Both the position numbers and the translations under genes were made by a program. DNA of 62,313 nucleotides from a virus, in the IMG/VR virus record IMGVR_UViG_3300025261_000001; one strand, written 5' to 3'. The notes beneath the pieces were generated by a model that had not been told where the DNA came from, did no database searches, and saw only the letters and a program-made list of their open reading frames with translations. Positions 24,702 through 34,599 of this stretch are shown one piece after another (the stretch's first letter is position 1; each line of letters begins with the position of its first letter).

Positions 24702-25762
24702 TGGGCAGAATAATTACCCCGGATCAAGCTCTCATTCTCCCGAAAGGTCCGCGCGGGTTTAATGCCGATGGCCTAGAGATACCCACCGCCTATGCAGGTT
24801 TAGGTGGGCGCTACCGTATGCAGGTGCATAAAGCCAAGTCTGGTACGCTCAGCCATGACACAGGGTGGTTCAGCAATCTCATCACTAATACTGGCCTCGT
24901 CAATATGGCGACGGCTGGCATTATCAATGAGTGGGCAGCGGGTTGTGCGGTAGGTACAGGTAACACTACCCCCCAAAACACTGACACACAGTTAGCTAAC
25001 TACCTAACTAAAGTCGGTGCGCAGGGGTCGTACAACCCCGCAGGTATTATGAGTTATGTACCCCAGAACGGCTCAACGCCGCCTATGTGGGTGCTGACGT
25101 ACACCTTCGTTTTCCCGACAGGAGCAGCCGCAGGTAATCTGACTGAAATCGGTACATTCTCCCCGAATAACCCCACGGGGCAGTTAGCACTTACCAGTCG
25201 CGCACTCATCGTAGACTCTAATGGTAACCCGACGTCGATCACCGTACTGTCTAATGAAATTCTGACAGTCACGTATCAAATTCTGTTCTATCTGGACCCG
25301 ACTGACCACGCGTTTACTTTCAACGTGAATGGTAGTCCGGTGACAGGTACGTACCGCATAATGAACATGGCGACGCCTACGGCGTGTTACTGGACCCTCC
25401 AGTCAAGCTCTGGCAGCAACGGCTACGCGTCTACGTATATCTATGTATACTCCGGCAACATGGGCATCAATACAGGCGCCCCAACAGGATCGAGTACAAG
25501 CTTTACATGCTATACCGGCAATTGCACGATGACGTTCGTAAACGATATCGTCAATTCCGATACCTGCTATGTGGATGTTCAGAACGTAACGTTTACGGCG
25601 ACACAGGCCAATTACGCAGGCGGTATTAATTCCTTCTCGGCAGAAAGCCGCTTCCAGCGTATGCAGTTCGGTAACCTAAGCGCACCGATCAACAAGATCG
25701 CGGGACAGCAGCTTACTATGGGCTTCCGCTTCGCATGGGGCCGCTACCCAGCAGGTTCGTAA
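24701..25762 (+). CDS. Hypothetical tail protein
   Basis: 353 aa, Thr/Gly/Asn-rich and beta-rich in composition. TAATG coupling. Confidence 0.6.
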   Translation: MGRIITPDQALILPKGPRGFNADGLEIPTAYAGLGGRYRMQVHKAKSGTLSHDTGWFSNLITNTGLVNMATAGIINEWAAGCAVGTGNTTPQNTDTQLANYLTKVGAQGSYNPAGIMSYVPQNGSTPPMWVLTYTFVFPTGAAAGNLTEIGTFSPNNPTGQLALTSRALIVDSNGNPTSITVLSNEILTVTYQILFYLDPTDHAFTFNVNGSPVTGTYRIMNMATPTACYWTLQSSSGSNGYASTYIYVYSGNMGINTGAPTGSSTSFTCYTGNCTMTFVNDIVNSDTCYVDVQNVTFTATQANYAGGINSFSAESRFQRMQFGNLSAPINKIAGQQLTMGFRFAWGRYPAGS

Positions 25763-25763
25763 T

Positions 25764-26348
25764 ATGGCGATGCCTAATAATTCGTTGTCCCAGATCGCCA
25801 TTAAGTACACATGGCGCGGGCGCGACACACAAGACCCTACGGACCTACAGGACACCGAAGAAGGCGGCGTCGCACTCAATAACACGTCGATGGGGCTTGA
25901 GTACCAGCTATGGACGTTTACGTATGATGCCCATTACGCCTACGTCAATGCACCTAATCAACCGAAGATCGCTCTGTTCGCTAAGGATGGCATAGAGAAC
26001 ATCAGAGGATGCTTCGACCAGAACATGAACCCCTTCGTGGCGTTCTTTCAGGGCGGTCAATGGCAATACTGGTGGTATGATACCGTGTCGTCGGGGATGG
26101 TGTTTAGTTCCCTGCCCGTAGGAGTTACTTCGGTAGCATGCACCTTAGACGACAAACGGCAGATAAACTCCAATACATCGGACATTCTACTGTTCTATAC
26201 CAACAACGGAAATCTATATCACCGTAGACAGCGCGACCGATACACCGCCGAACTACTCGTTCGGGCCGGAGTGGGCGGCACGCTAGTCAAGGTCGGTATG
26301 AACGGTATTCAACGACTACAGATTAAGATGCAGACGCCCCCACTATGA
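25764..26348 (+). CDS. Hypothetical tail protein
   Basis: 194 aa, in the tail module. Confidence 0.6.
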   Translation: MAMPNNSLSQIAIKYTWRGRDTQDPTDLQDTEEGGVALNNTSMGLEYQLWTFTYDAHYAYVNAPNQPKIALFAKDGIENIRGCFDQNMNPFVAFFQGGQWQYWWYDTVSSGMVFSSLPVGVTSVACTLDDKRQINSNTSDILLFYTNNGNLYHRRQRDRYTAELLVRAGVGGTLVKVGMNGIQRLQIKMQTPPL

Positions 26349-26896
26349 AGCGCGCTTATCTCGCTAATGGATACCTTGTTCAGCCGCTTAGCGAGAAAGG
26401 TTACGTCGCTACAGTGGACGCGGCAACGTGGCTGTACTTAAATACGTTGCTGGGCACGGACTACTGCTACCTAGTCATCGCTGGCAGGGAAGTTGTCAAA
26501 GTCCTTGGGCTACAGGCGACCAATCAGGTTCTATTGCAGCGCGGACTAGAAGGCACGCATCGGAAGACATGGATTGCAGGCCGGTCTATTAAGTACGGAC
26601 TCACATGGTCAGAAGTACAGGACGCTACAACGTACATAGGGTATACCCTTAATGTAAGCGGCGGCGTGTCATGGGATGGAGTTAATATCTTCTACCCCGA
26701 ACTGAACTTACTAGGTATAGGCGGCATCACATGCGATGGCACGTATATTGATGATATCCCCGATAATGTAGGGTGCTGCATTAGTACCGAGCCGCCATCG
26801 ATCCCGCTGCAATACTTACCACTACGTCAAGTGTATTTGACAGGCGCATTTGACTACAGAATTACAGATTCAGGCGATTATAGGGTGTATCAATAA
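26345..26896 (+). CDS. Tail-fibre-type protein carrying the shared N-terminal anchor module (paralogue 3)
   Basis: 183 aa. MKRAYLANGYLVQPL...DYCYLVIA...LLQRGLEGTHRKTWIAGRSIKYGLT. Confidence 0.55.
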   Translation: MKRAYLANGYLVQPLSEKGYVATVDAATWLYLNTLLGTDYCYLVIAGREVVKVLGLQATNQVLLQRGLEGTHRKTWIAGRSIKYGLTWSEVQDATTYIGYTLNVSGGVSWDGVNIFYPELNLLGIGGITCDGTYIDDIPDNVGCCISTEPPSIPLQYLPLRQVYLTGAFDYRITDSGDYRVYQ

Positions 26897-27477
26897 TGGG
26901 TAAGTACATCAGTGATCTGCCTGCGAAAACTCCACTGGTAGGTTCGGAGTTAATTGAAATACAAGACGGTGCCGGTAGCGGCTCTAGTAAGCACGCGACC
27001 GTGCAAGACGTGGCCAATTTATTTGAGCCGGCCTACCCCGTCTCGTCCGTCAATGGGCAGACCGGAGCGGTTGCTCTAACCGCAGATAACGTCCCCGAAG
27101 CGACACCGACACCGACCAATAAGTATTACACGACTAAGCGCAACGCGCAGAGTCCGGTTAATGCGCTTGCGATTGTGGCGGGCGTCGTTACGATTGACTG
27201 TTCACTAGGTTCGTATTTCACGTTGCTGCTTAATGCCAACGTGACTAGCATCGTGTTCGCCAATCTGCCAGCGGCGGGGATCGGCCAGACCATCGCTATC
27301 CGCATGCAGCAGGACGCCACCGGAAACCGCACGGTTGCGCTTCCAAGCGCCTTCAAGGCCACCACGGGTAGTCTGTCCTCCCCGGTCGCCACGGCGGCGC
27401 TCTACACCCTTCTGATGGCGACGACGTTCGATCAGGGCACCCGCTGGGAATACACCATGCAGGGAGTAGCTTCGTGA
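26896..27477 (+). CDS. Tail fibre protein
   Basis: 193 aa. The N-terminal ISDLPAKTPLVGSELIEIQDG...SKHATVQDV and SVNGQTGAVALTADNV motifs are common in phage tail fibres. Confidence 0.55.
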   Translation: MGKYISDLPAKTPLVGSELIEIQDGAGSGSSKHATVQDVANLFEPAYPVSSVNGQTGAVALTADNVPEATPTPTNKYYTTKRNAQSPVNALAIVAGVVTIDCSLGSYFTLLLNANVTSIVFANLPAAGIGQTIAIRMQQDATGNRTVALPSAFKATTGSLSSPVATAALYTLLMATTFDQGTRWEYTMQGVAS

Positions 27478-30077
27478 TCGGATTGCTCGCGCACACAGCC
27501 TTATACCTGGCAATTACCGGAACCGTACCCGTCGATTTAGGCGACGCGCAGTGGTCGAATACCGCTGCGCTTTTGCATTGCGAGACGAATACCTATACGC
27601 ATAAAGCGCTTATACGCGCAGATCAGCCGAACAATACGACGACGTTTACCGACGAAACAGGTAATACGTGGACGGCAGGTGGTACAGCTAAGATCGTTAC
27701 CACTAATAAAAAGTATGGCATGAGTTCCATGTACTTCGATGGATCGGTGAACTGCTGCTATACTGGCCCGACTAACTTCGTAGGTATCGGTACTCAAGAC
27801 TTTACATTCGAGGCATGGGTCTACCCGACTAAGGTACAAGATACTACAGCAGTCGATGCTAACGACCGCTGGATTTTCGGCGGCTGGAATACAGCGAATG
27901 GATGCTTCGTGGTGTTCTTAGGTAGCCAGAACTACCAGCTACAGTTATGGGATGGATATAACGCGAACAAGTCTATCGTCGCTGTCCGCCCGTTCATGTG
28001 GAACCATGTCGCTATCGTACGTAAGTCCAACACACTCTACTTTTTCGTCAATGGAGTGTTAGGCAATACCATCGCGAACTATACAACCAGTTTCGTAAAC
28101 CAGACCGGCACATGGATCGGCGGTGAGAAGGGCGTTAGTAGTCGATGGTTCTCTGGCTATATCGACAGCGTTCGCTGGATCACAGGCACGGGGCTGTACA
28201 CCACAGACTTTACACCTCCACTGCGCGAGTTTGATTACACGGTAGCTAAGCCGACGGACGAAGTAGGTAACCGCTGGAACCTGAGCGGCTCGTCGTCGCA
28301 TGTCTATCCTAGCCCTACATGGAAAATGTTTGGGTCTACCTCGTACTATTTCGATGGTGCAGGTACTAATTACCTGTATACCACAGACGTAGCGGCGCTT
28401 AATTCTTCGGATTACACAGTAGAAGGATTCTTCTGCTTAGACCAACTTAGTACGTCATACATCAGAACCCTATGGTCTAACTACGATGGCAACCAATCTC
28501 ACGGCAGAATCTTACTAACGGTTAGTACAAATAATACTCTCAACTTCGGAGAGCAGGATTCCAACGGCAATAATAGCTCCGGCGGCAATACTACAGTTAC
28601 CGTAGCCGCTAACACGACGTACCATTTCGCCTGCGTTAAACAAGGTACGACATGTACACTGTACTTAAATGGTGTAAATGTATTACAGTTTACATCGGTG
28701 GCGCGTACTCAATATACGAATATGCTAACACTAGGTATATTCGACTACACATCGGGAACGTATAATTACCCATATAAAGGTTATATTGATGAGGTTCGCG
28801 TGTCGCGCTTTGCGCGGTATACCGCGAACTTCGTCGTGCCCGCACAACAGTTCTCCAACAAAGGCAAGACTGCCGCATTGCTGCATTTCGATGGCGCAAA
28901 CGGTAGTACCGTATTCAATGACGATATCGGGTCTACGTGGACGGCTAATGGTTCGGCAGCGCTTAGCACTGCGCAGCAAAACTTTGGGCCATCGTCGGGC
29001 TACTTCGATGGGGCGAGTGGGTATATATCTACGCCCGCAGCGAATGACTTTAATCTGACAAGCGGGGACTGGACAGTAGAATGTAATTTCTACTGCACTG
29101 CGCTAACTTCGGGCAGCCAAAGTCTTATCGACAAAGACGGCACGTTCGGCAGATCGTTCGCGCAATACGACCTATCCATCAGTTCTACTGGTAAGCTGCT
29201 AGCTACCATAGGTACAGGCAATGGCACAGGCTACCAACAGACGATAACAGGAACGACGACTGTAACGCTCAATACGTTCCACCATACCGCAGTCGTACGG
29301 TTAGGATCAACGTTCTACCTATACCTTGATGGCGGGCTAGAAGGCTCCTTAGCAATCACGGGTACCATGGCCGAAGGCAGTAAACCATTACTGGTGGGCT
29401 ACCAGACAGGACAACCTACAGCGGTAAGGTTTAATGGCTACATAGACGAACTACGCATCGTAAAGGGTGAAGCGAAATATCGCACCCAATTCTTGCCGCC
29501 TATCCGCGCGCATCTGGCGGACGCGAGCAATGCGGTGTATGCTTTCTCCGACGACTACACCACCGGGTCGCTGGGGAATTACCTCGATCTTGCTAGCTCG
29601 CCAGTTACCACTTGGACATATGGCGCAGGCCAGTTAATCGCAGTCCACGGTACGGGAAGTAGTGAAGCGGCTAAGCTCTATAATGGATTACGGGCCACAG
29701 ATTTCCGTGTCGATTGGACTATGACACAGGCGGACGATTCTGGCGTAGCTGTACGGTATCAGGACATTAATAACCGTTATGTAGTTGCCTGCTACGATAA
29801 CTCGTCCAGTGAAGGTAGTGCGTCGTACAGTCGAGTCACGGTTTATCGTGTTGTTGCTGGTACGGCTACTCAGATCGGCACGAGCACCATTCCAACATGG
29901 ACACGCGGAGTCGCTACTAACTTCACGGCTACGATTAGCGGCAACTTAATTACGGTTTACGTCAATGGTACACAATACCTGAGTATCACAGATAGTACGC
30001 CGTGGTCTGGATTAGGTAGGTGCGGTCCTCGTATCTACACGGGTCAGAGTAACTATACTAAATATAAGGTGCAGTAA
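27474..30077 (+). CDS. Large tail/receptor-binding protein with three LamG (concanavalin-like) repeats plus a C-terminal jelly-roll-like domain
   Basis: 867 aa. Three repeats each contain D(F/Y/W)T(F/V)E..(V/F/N).., a ...Y(F/L).(V/L)(N/D)G... element and (S/K/N)GYID(S/E)(V/L)R. AGGGAG SD before the GTG. Confidence 0.6.
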   Translation: MIGLLAHTALYLAITGTVPVDLGDAQWSNTAALLHCETNTYTHKALIRADQPNNTTTFTDETGNTWTAGGTAKIVTTNKKYGMSSMYFDGSVNCCYTGPTNFVGIGTQDFTFEAWVYPTKVQDTTAVDANDRWIFGGWNTANGCFVVFLGSQNYQLQLWDGYNANKSIVAVRPFMWNHVAIVRKSNTLYFFVNGVLGNTIANYTTSFVNQTGTWIGGEKGVSSRWFSGYIDSVRWITGTGLYTTDFTPPLREFDYTVAKPTDEVGNRWNLSGSSSHVYPSPTWKMFGSTSYYFDGAGTNYLYTTDVAALNSSDYTVEGFFCLDQLSTSYIRTLWSNYDGNQSHGRILLTVSTNNTLNFGEQDSNGNNSSGGNTTVTVAANTTYHFACVKQGTTCTLYLNGVNVLQFTSVARTQYTNMLTLGIFDYTSGTYNYPYKGYIDEVRVSRFARYTANFVVPAQQFSNKGKTAALLHFDGANGSTVFNDDIGSTWTANGSAALSTAQQNFGPSSGYFDGASGYISTPAANDFNLTSGDWTVECNFYCTALTSGSQSLIDKDGTFGRSFAQYDLSISSTGKLLATIGTGNGTGYQQTITGTTTVTLNTFHHTAVVRLGSTFYLYLDGGLEGSLAITGTMAEGSKPLLVGYQTGQPTAVRFNGYIDELRIVKGEAKYRTQFLPPIRAHLADASNAVYAFSDDYTTGSLGNYLDLASSPVTTWTYGAGQLIAVHGTGSSEAAKLYNGLRATDFRVDWTMTQADDSGVAVRYQDINNRYVVACYDNSSSEGSASYSRVTVYRVVAGTATQIGTSTIPTWTRGVATNFTATISGNLITVYVNGTQYLSITDSTPWSGLGRCGPRIYTGQSNYTKYKVQ

Positions 30078-31489
30078 TGGCACTCAAAATTCTCTACACC
30101 CGCGTTCAAGGGTCGCTTACAGCAAACATTTCGGCAGCAGCAACTTTACTGCCCGTGGATGCGACAACCCTTGCGGTACTCACTGCCCAAGTAAACTTTG
30201 CGGGCGGCGATTGGACGTACTTAACACTGACTAACGGTATCTATTCCGAAGAAGTCAAAGTCACAGGATTAAGTACGACTAATCTCGTTGTGACCCGTGC
30301 ATGCTCCGGGTCTACGGCGCAGATATTCGCCGCCAGTAATACGTCGCTCTACGACCATGTAGGCGCAGATGCGATCAAGGATATTATTGCAGCTAACCCG
30401 TCGCCATCCAGCGTCACCGTAGGCGGTGCGGGTATTGTTGCAGTGACCCAGCCGACGACAGGCAATTATGTCGTCAATGTGTCTACGCCTACCTTTAACG
30501 GCGACAACGGCGTAGCGGTCACAGGCAACTGGCCTAACTACACTATCTCCTATGAAGGCTCGGGGGATGGATGCGGTTGCGGCGGTGGGTCCAGCAGCGG
30601 TGGCGGGGTCGATACCCTCGTCCTTGAGAGTAGCATCCTCACGGGCAATATCACAGGCGATACACTTACCTTAAATCTGCCTGCCCCGACGTTCACGGGC
30701 ACAGGTGGCGTTACCGTGTCCGGTAGCTGGGCCACCGGCTTCACTATCGCAGGCGCAGGCGCAGGCGGTACAGGCACCGTGCAGTCGGTCAGCGTGGGCG
30801 CAGGCTTGACGCTGGCGGGTACGCCAACCGTTAATCCTACCATCAGTCTTAGTAATACAGGTGTTACCCCCGGCACTTTCGGCGGTATTACCGTCAATGC
30901 GCAAGGTCAGATCACCAATATTGCAAGCGGATTCGCGCCGGTATACGGCATCACCATGTCCAATGGTGGTACGGTCACCGAAGTGGCTAATGTCGCAAAT
31001 ATTACGCTTAATGTCGCCGCAGTCGGTGTCCAAGGTATCGTAGAATTGGCGGACAGCAGTTCGCCATTCAATGCGAACGAAGACACCATGGCGGTCACTT
31101 CAAAGGTGGTGTCGCAGGCTATTAGTGCACTGTCTGCCACGCTGTTAGGCGGCACGCAGACGGCCGGTGAATCGGCATCTAGCTATACAAATGCCGTAGC
31201 ATCTACAGCCATGTCGCTGAACCTTAGTAGCAGCCAGAAGTGCTTGCTGATCGGTGAGATTCAGGTGATCGATAGTGGCGGCTCAACCGTCCCAAGCTAT
31301 GGCGTGTGCATCATCGCCACCGATGCGACTGTGTACTTTAGCTCTCGCATCACACAGCAAGGCAAGCAAACGTTCGTCGCGCTACTGTCCGGTGTCACTG
31401 TCTCGTCTAAGACCATCGGCATTTCGACAACCGCGCTCTCTGGAACGCAGTCAGTAGCTACAGCCACCCTTGCAGCGATCATTGTCTAA
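30077..31489 (+). CDS. Tail-fibre-type protein carrying the shared N-terminal anchor module (paralogue 4)
   Basis: 470 aa. MALKILYTRVQGSLTANI...DWTYLTLT...VVTRACSGSTAQIFAASNTSLY. Contains a Gly/Cys-rich hinge SGDGCGCGGGSSSGGG and repetitive GxGxV segments. Confidence 0.55.
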   Translation: MALKILYTRVQGSLTANISAAATLLPVDATTLAVLTAQVNFAGGDWTYLTLTNGIYSEEVKVTGLSTTNLVVTRACSGSTAQIFAASNTSLYDHVGADAIKDIIAANPSPSSVTVGGAGIVAVTQPTTGNYVVNVSTPTFNGDNGVAVTGNWPNYTISYEGSGDGCGCGGGSSSGGGVDTLVLESSILTGNITGDTLTLNLPAPTFTGTGGVTVSGSWATGFTIAGAGAGGTGTVQSVSVGAGLTLAGTPTVNPTISLSNTGVTPGTFGGITVNAQGQITNIASGFAPVYGITMSNGGTVTEVANVANITLNVAAVGVQGIVELADSSSPFNANEDTMAVTSKVVSQAISALSATLLGGTQTAGESASSYTNAVASTAMSLNLSSSQKCLLIGEIQVIDSGGSTVPSYGVCIIATDATVYFSSRITQQGKQTFVALLSGVTVSSKTIGISTTALSGTQSVATATLAAIIV

Positions 31490-33315
31490 TGGCAAGTATA
31501 CGGATCACGACATTCGGCGGCATTAATACGGAAGTAGCCGCCCGTAATTCTGAACCTAATATTGCTACAGTAGCGCATAATTGCCTACTGTGGGATGGCA
31601 CACTGCGGCCCACCGCTAAGTGGCAGAGTAACCAAGGCGGACTTAATCAGCGGTATACGCTTGAGTTCGACGGGACCAATCTCTACACCATTAACCTAGA
31701 ACGCGCGCAGTTAATGAAGACTGCGCAGTACGTCAAGGGTACAGTCATTGGACTTAATCCCTTCGTCGTTGATAATGACCGGTCGAATATATGCTACCAG
31801 AACGCATATACACAGATCGACCAAGTGGTTGAAGTGGGGGTAACCCCGCCGGTAGTTTCAACCTACTCCGGCATCGCCTATACCCGACAGTTCGCATCGA
31901 ACAAGCCCGTGAGCAAGCTTTACGCTTGCTCACTGGTGCGCAACAACAATGGCCGTCTCGAAGAATCTCCTTTAGCGCTTATACCCCAACAAGACCCCAA
32001 TGCGCAGCTATATGAAGGCGACACGGCTACACTCACTGTACGTATCAGTGACGCGCCTGTACGTGAGAATTGTTACCTCCGAATTTATCGGGCCATGTCT
32101 AGCCTTGATACAGGCCATGCAGTAGAGAATAAGTTCGATACCGAGTGGTACTTAATCGCGGAAGTGAAAACCTACGTCGCCTTCTTGGGCGGCGTCTTCC
32201 GCGAGTACGTCTACATCGATACCGCGTCAGTAACGAATAACCCGCTGGACTTATATTTGGCGGGGCACTTCTACGCACCTAATGCACTGACCTATAACTT
32301 CCTGACGCAGACCGAAGGTGGATGGTTAGTCGCAGCGACGACGGATGGTCAGATGACTATCTCCGAGCGCTACATGACGCATGCGTGGCCGACTGAGAAT
32401 ATCCAAGGTATTCCCGGCACCATTACCGACATGAAGTCCTCGTACGATAACGTCTATATCGGCACGACCGGCAAACCCTATATCGCCTCGCTAGCCATGG
32501 GTGAAGGTGGGCTACAGGTAGGTATCAAACCCTTCCACGAAGACTACGCCTGCCTACCGGGAACCATGACTAAGGCCGCTGGTGGCGTACTGTACGCGTC
32601 GGCGGCAGGTGTCGTATCCTTAAACCAAGACGGCATGCGCCTCGTGACAGCGGGCGTGGCCAGTGGCATCCGGCCCCTGTACCATGCGGAGTACACAGAC
32701 ACTTCGGTTACGCCCAACGTAGACGCATGTACTGACGTTAACTTCGCAGACACTACTTACGGCACGTATTTCCGAGGGACGTATTTCGGATTTATGAATC
32801 CGCCGATTAATGGCGGCTTGACTTTATCCATCGGGTATATGTTCGATACCGGGTCCAGTATCGATGGTTCGCATCCCATTGCCCGATTAAGTACGTTCGA
32901 CTATCCGGCGGGCAAGGTACTGTCTAGCGTCATCACAAATGATGGTATGGCGGTACTGGCAAATAATGCGGTATGGACTATGCCGCTGCCGAACATGCCT
33001 AATAAGAATAGCTACGCCCAAGCAGCAAAGAACTGCTATGTGTGGCGAAGCAAGAAATACGTATTCCCGGGCCTCACAACCTTTGGTGCGCTCAAGGTAG
33101 TGCATAAGTGTGACGGGTTTGTCCGGGTTAAGGTTTACTGTGACGAGGTTTGCGTATACGACACTAACGTACCCAGCAACAAGCCGCTGACTTTACCGCC
33201 GAGCATCGTGGGTATAGAATGGCAGCTTGAAGTGCATGGCAACGCTACCGTCCACGAAATTCACATGGCGTCGTCTACGACAGACCTAATCGAACAAAAG
33301 GCAATGACACAATGA
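31489..33315 (+). CDS. Large hypothetical tail protein (tail tube/nozzle-type candidate)
   Basis: 608 aa. TAATG coupling. Lies in the tail module. No motif recognised. Confidence 0.55.
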   Translation: MASIRITTFGGINTEVAARNSEPNIATVAHNCLLWDGTLRPTAKWQSNQGGLNQRYTLEFDGTNLYTINLERAQLMKTAQYVKGTVIGLNPFVVDNDRSNICYQNAYTQIDQVVEVGVTPPVVSTYSGIAYTRQFASNKPVSKLYACSLVRNNNGRLEESPLALIPQQDPNAQLYEGDTATLTVRISDAPVRENCYLRIYRAMSSLDTGHAVENKFDTEWYLIAEVKTYVAFLGGVFREYVYIDTASVTNNPLDLYLAGHFYAPNALTYNFLTQTEGGWLVAATTDGQMTISERYMTHAWPTENIQGIPGTITDMKSSYDNVYIGTTGKPYIASLAMGEGGLQVGIKPFHEDYACLPGTMTKAAGGVLYASAAGVVSLNQDGMRLVTAGVASGIRPLYHAEYTDTSVTPNVDACTDVNFADTTYGTYFRGTYFGFMNPPINGGLTLSIGYMFDTGSSIDGSHPIARLSTFDYPAGKVLSSVITNDGMAVLANNAVWTMPLPNMPNKNSYAQAAKNCYVWRSKKYVFPGLTTFGALKVVHKCDGFVRVKVYCDEVCVYDTNVPSNKPLTLPPSIVGIEWQLEVHGNATVHEIHMASSTTDLIEQKAMTQ

Positions 33316-33827
33316 CGGACATTGGCACAACAGTAAGGGAACGGCTGCAAAAGCATACGGAGCAGGACGACAATATCCGTAAAATCCTGATGAAGCACAT
33401 GGAGCTAGACGACGATAAGAAGGAGAAGAATGCAGGGTACTATGCGTGGGGACTGCATGCCGTTGAGTGCGGTGTCCAGATCGCTAATATTCTGCTCGCT
33501 GCTAAGCACCCGGAATCCGGTCGCGGCCTACGTGCCTTGCAGGACTTGACCTACGGACTTAATGGCAACGACTTCTGGAATAAGAATGCTCCGGCGTTGA
33601 TGCCCATTATTACCGTAGCGTTGAATGCCCAGAAAGATTGGGTGGACCTAACAATCCGCCACAAAGAACTGGACGAGTACGCAGGCTACGACAAGCTGCT
33701 TTCGGGCGCACAGGCCGTGGCATTAGAAGTCTTCTCGATGCTGCTTTACATGACCGGCGGTCCCTTGCTCCTTGGTACGGTCAGCGTCAATCTCAAGATC
33801 GACCTAGCCCCTTATTTCGTGAAGTGA
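33312..33827 (+). CDS. Hypothetical virion protein
   Basis: 171 aa, ATGA coupling. Confidence 0.6.
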   Translation: MTDIGTTVRERLQKHTEQDDNIRKILMKHMELDDDKKEKNAGYYAWGLHAVECGVQIANILLAAKHPESGRGLRALQDLTYGLNGNDFWNKNAPALMPIITVALNAQKDWVDLTIRHKELDEYAGYDKLLSGAQAVALEVFSMLLYMTGGPLLLGTVSVNLKIDLAPYFVK

Positions 33828-33828
33828 C

Positions 33829-34599
33829 ATGGCAACAGCGAGCTTCGTAACTGACTTGACGGAAGTGCTGACACAGGCCGTAGAAGCTGCGGCAGGTATC
33901 GGCTCGCTTATTTCCGGCTTCAAGAATGTGTCGCTAGCTCGCAGTTACTATAACCTGTACAACACGCAGCGCCAGTATTACTACGCCACCTTCCAGCAAG
34001 GTGTGGAGAAGCCGCTGGCCGCAGCCACGTATACCGATCCGTACTACAACCTAAACTACGCAGGCCGTATAGCTACGCTGTACGATCCGAACAGCGGCCC
34101 ATTAGGTGGGTCGAGTACGGATATCGCAGGCTGGTGGAGCCGGCATGGGGCGATGTACGCCACCGCGCCTGACCCCTTAATCGTTGAATTAAATACGGAC
34201 ACCGCACGCCTTCAAGTGGATTGGGCAAACTACTTATTTCGGTTTGAGGAATTGTGGTTCGATATCCGCAACGATACTCGCTGGGCGAAGCGTCTAGCGG
34301 TACACAACATCGGTATCAAGCAAGGAAATGCGATATCCCATGCGCTCGATTATAGTCTTAGCAACTACCAAGATAACATCGTTGATATGGCGAGCCAGCT
34401 TGCGACATATGGGAATGGCATCGCTAAGTACGCAGGATATAAACGCGGACTTAATGATGTATCGACGCAGTTCCAGACTAACGGAGGCTACCAAGATAAG
34501 CCTTCGCCGTTCCGGTTCGATATCGACGCACAGGCTAAGTCATCCGCGAACGCTAATGCGTGGCAGGGAGCGCCGTTCTTAATCGACGGTGGACAGTAA
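33829..34599 (+). CDS. Hypothetical internal-virion-type protein (tandem paralogue A)
   Basis: 256 aa. ...ARSYYNLYNTQRQYYYATFQQG... and ...LAVHNIGIKQGNAIS...ATYGNGIAKYAGYKRG match the next gene. Confidence 0.6.
   Translation: MATASFVTDLTEVLTQAVEAAAGIGSLISGFKNVSLARSYYNLYNTQRQYYYATFQQGVEKPLAAATYTDPYYNLNYAGRIATLYDPNSGPLGGSSTDIAGWWSRHGAMYATAPDPLIVELNTDTARLQVDWANYLFRFEELWFDIRNDTRWAKRLAVHNIGIKQGNAISHALDYSLSNYQDNIVDMASQLATYGNGIAKYAGYKRGLNDVSTQFQTNGGYQDKPSPFRFDIDAQAKSSANANAWQGAPFLIDGGQ

Noticed and set aside
23294-31489. Diversity-generating retroelement acting on the fibre genes.
   Set aside because: There is no reverse transcriptase gene anywhere in the genome, and I saw no template/variable repeat pair.
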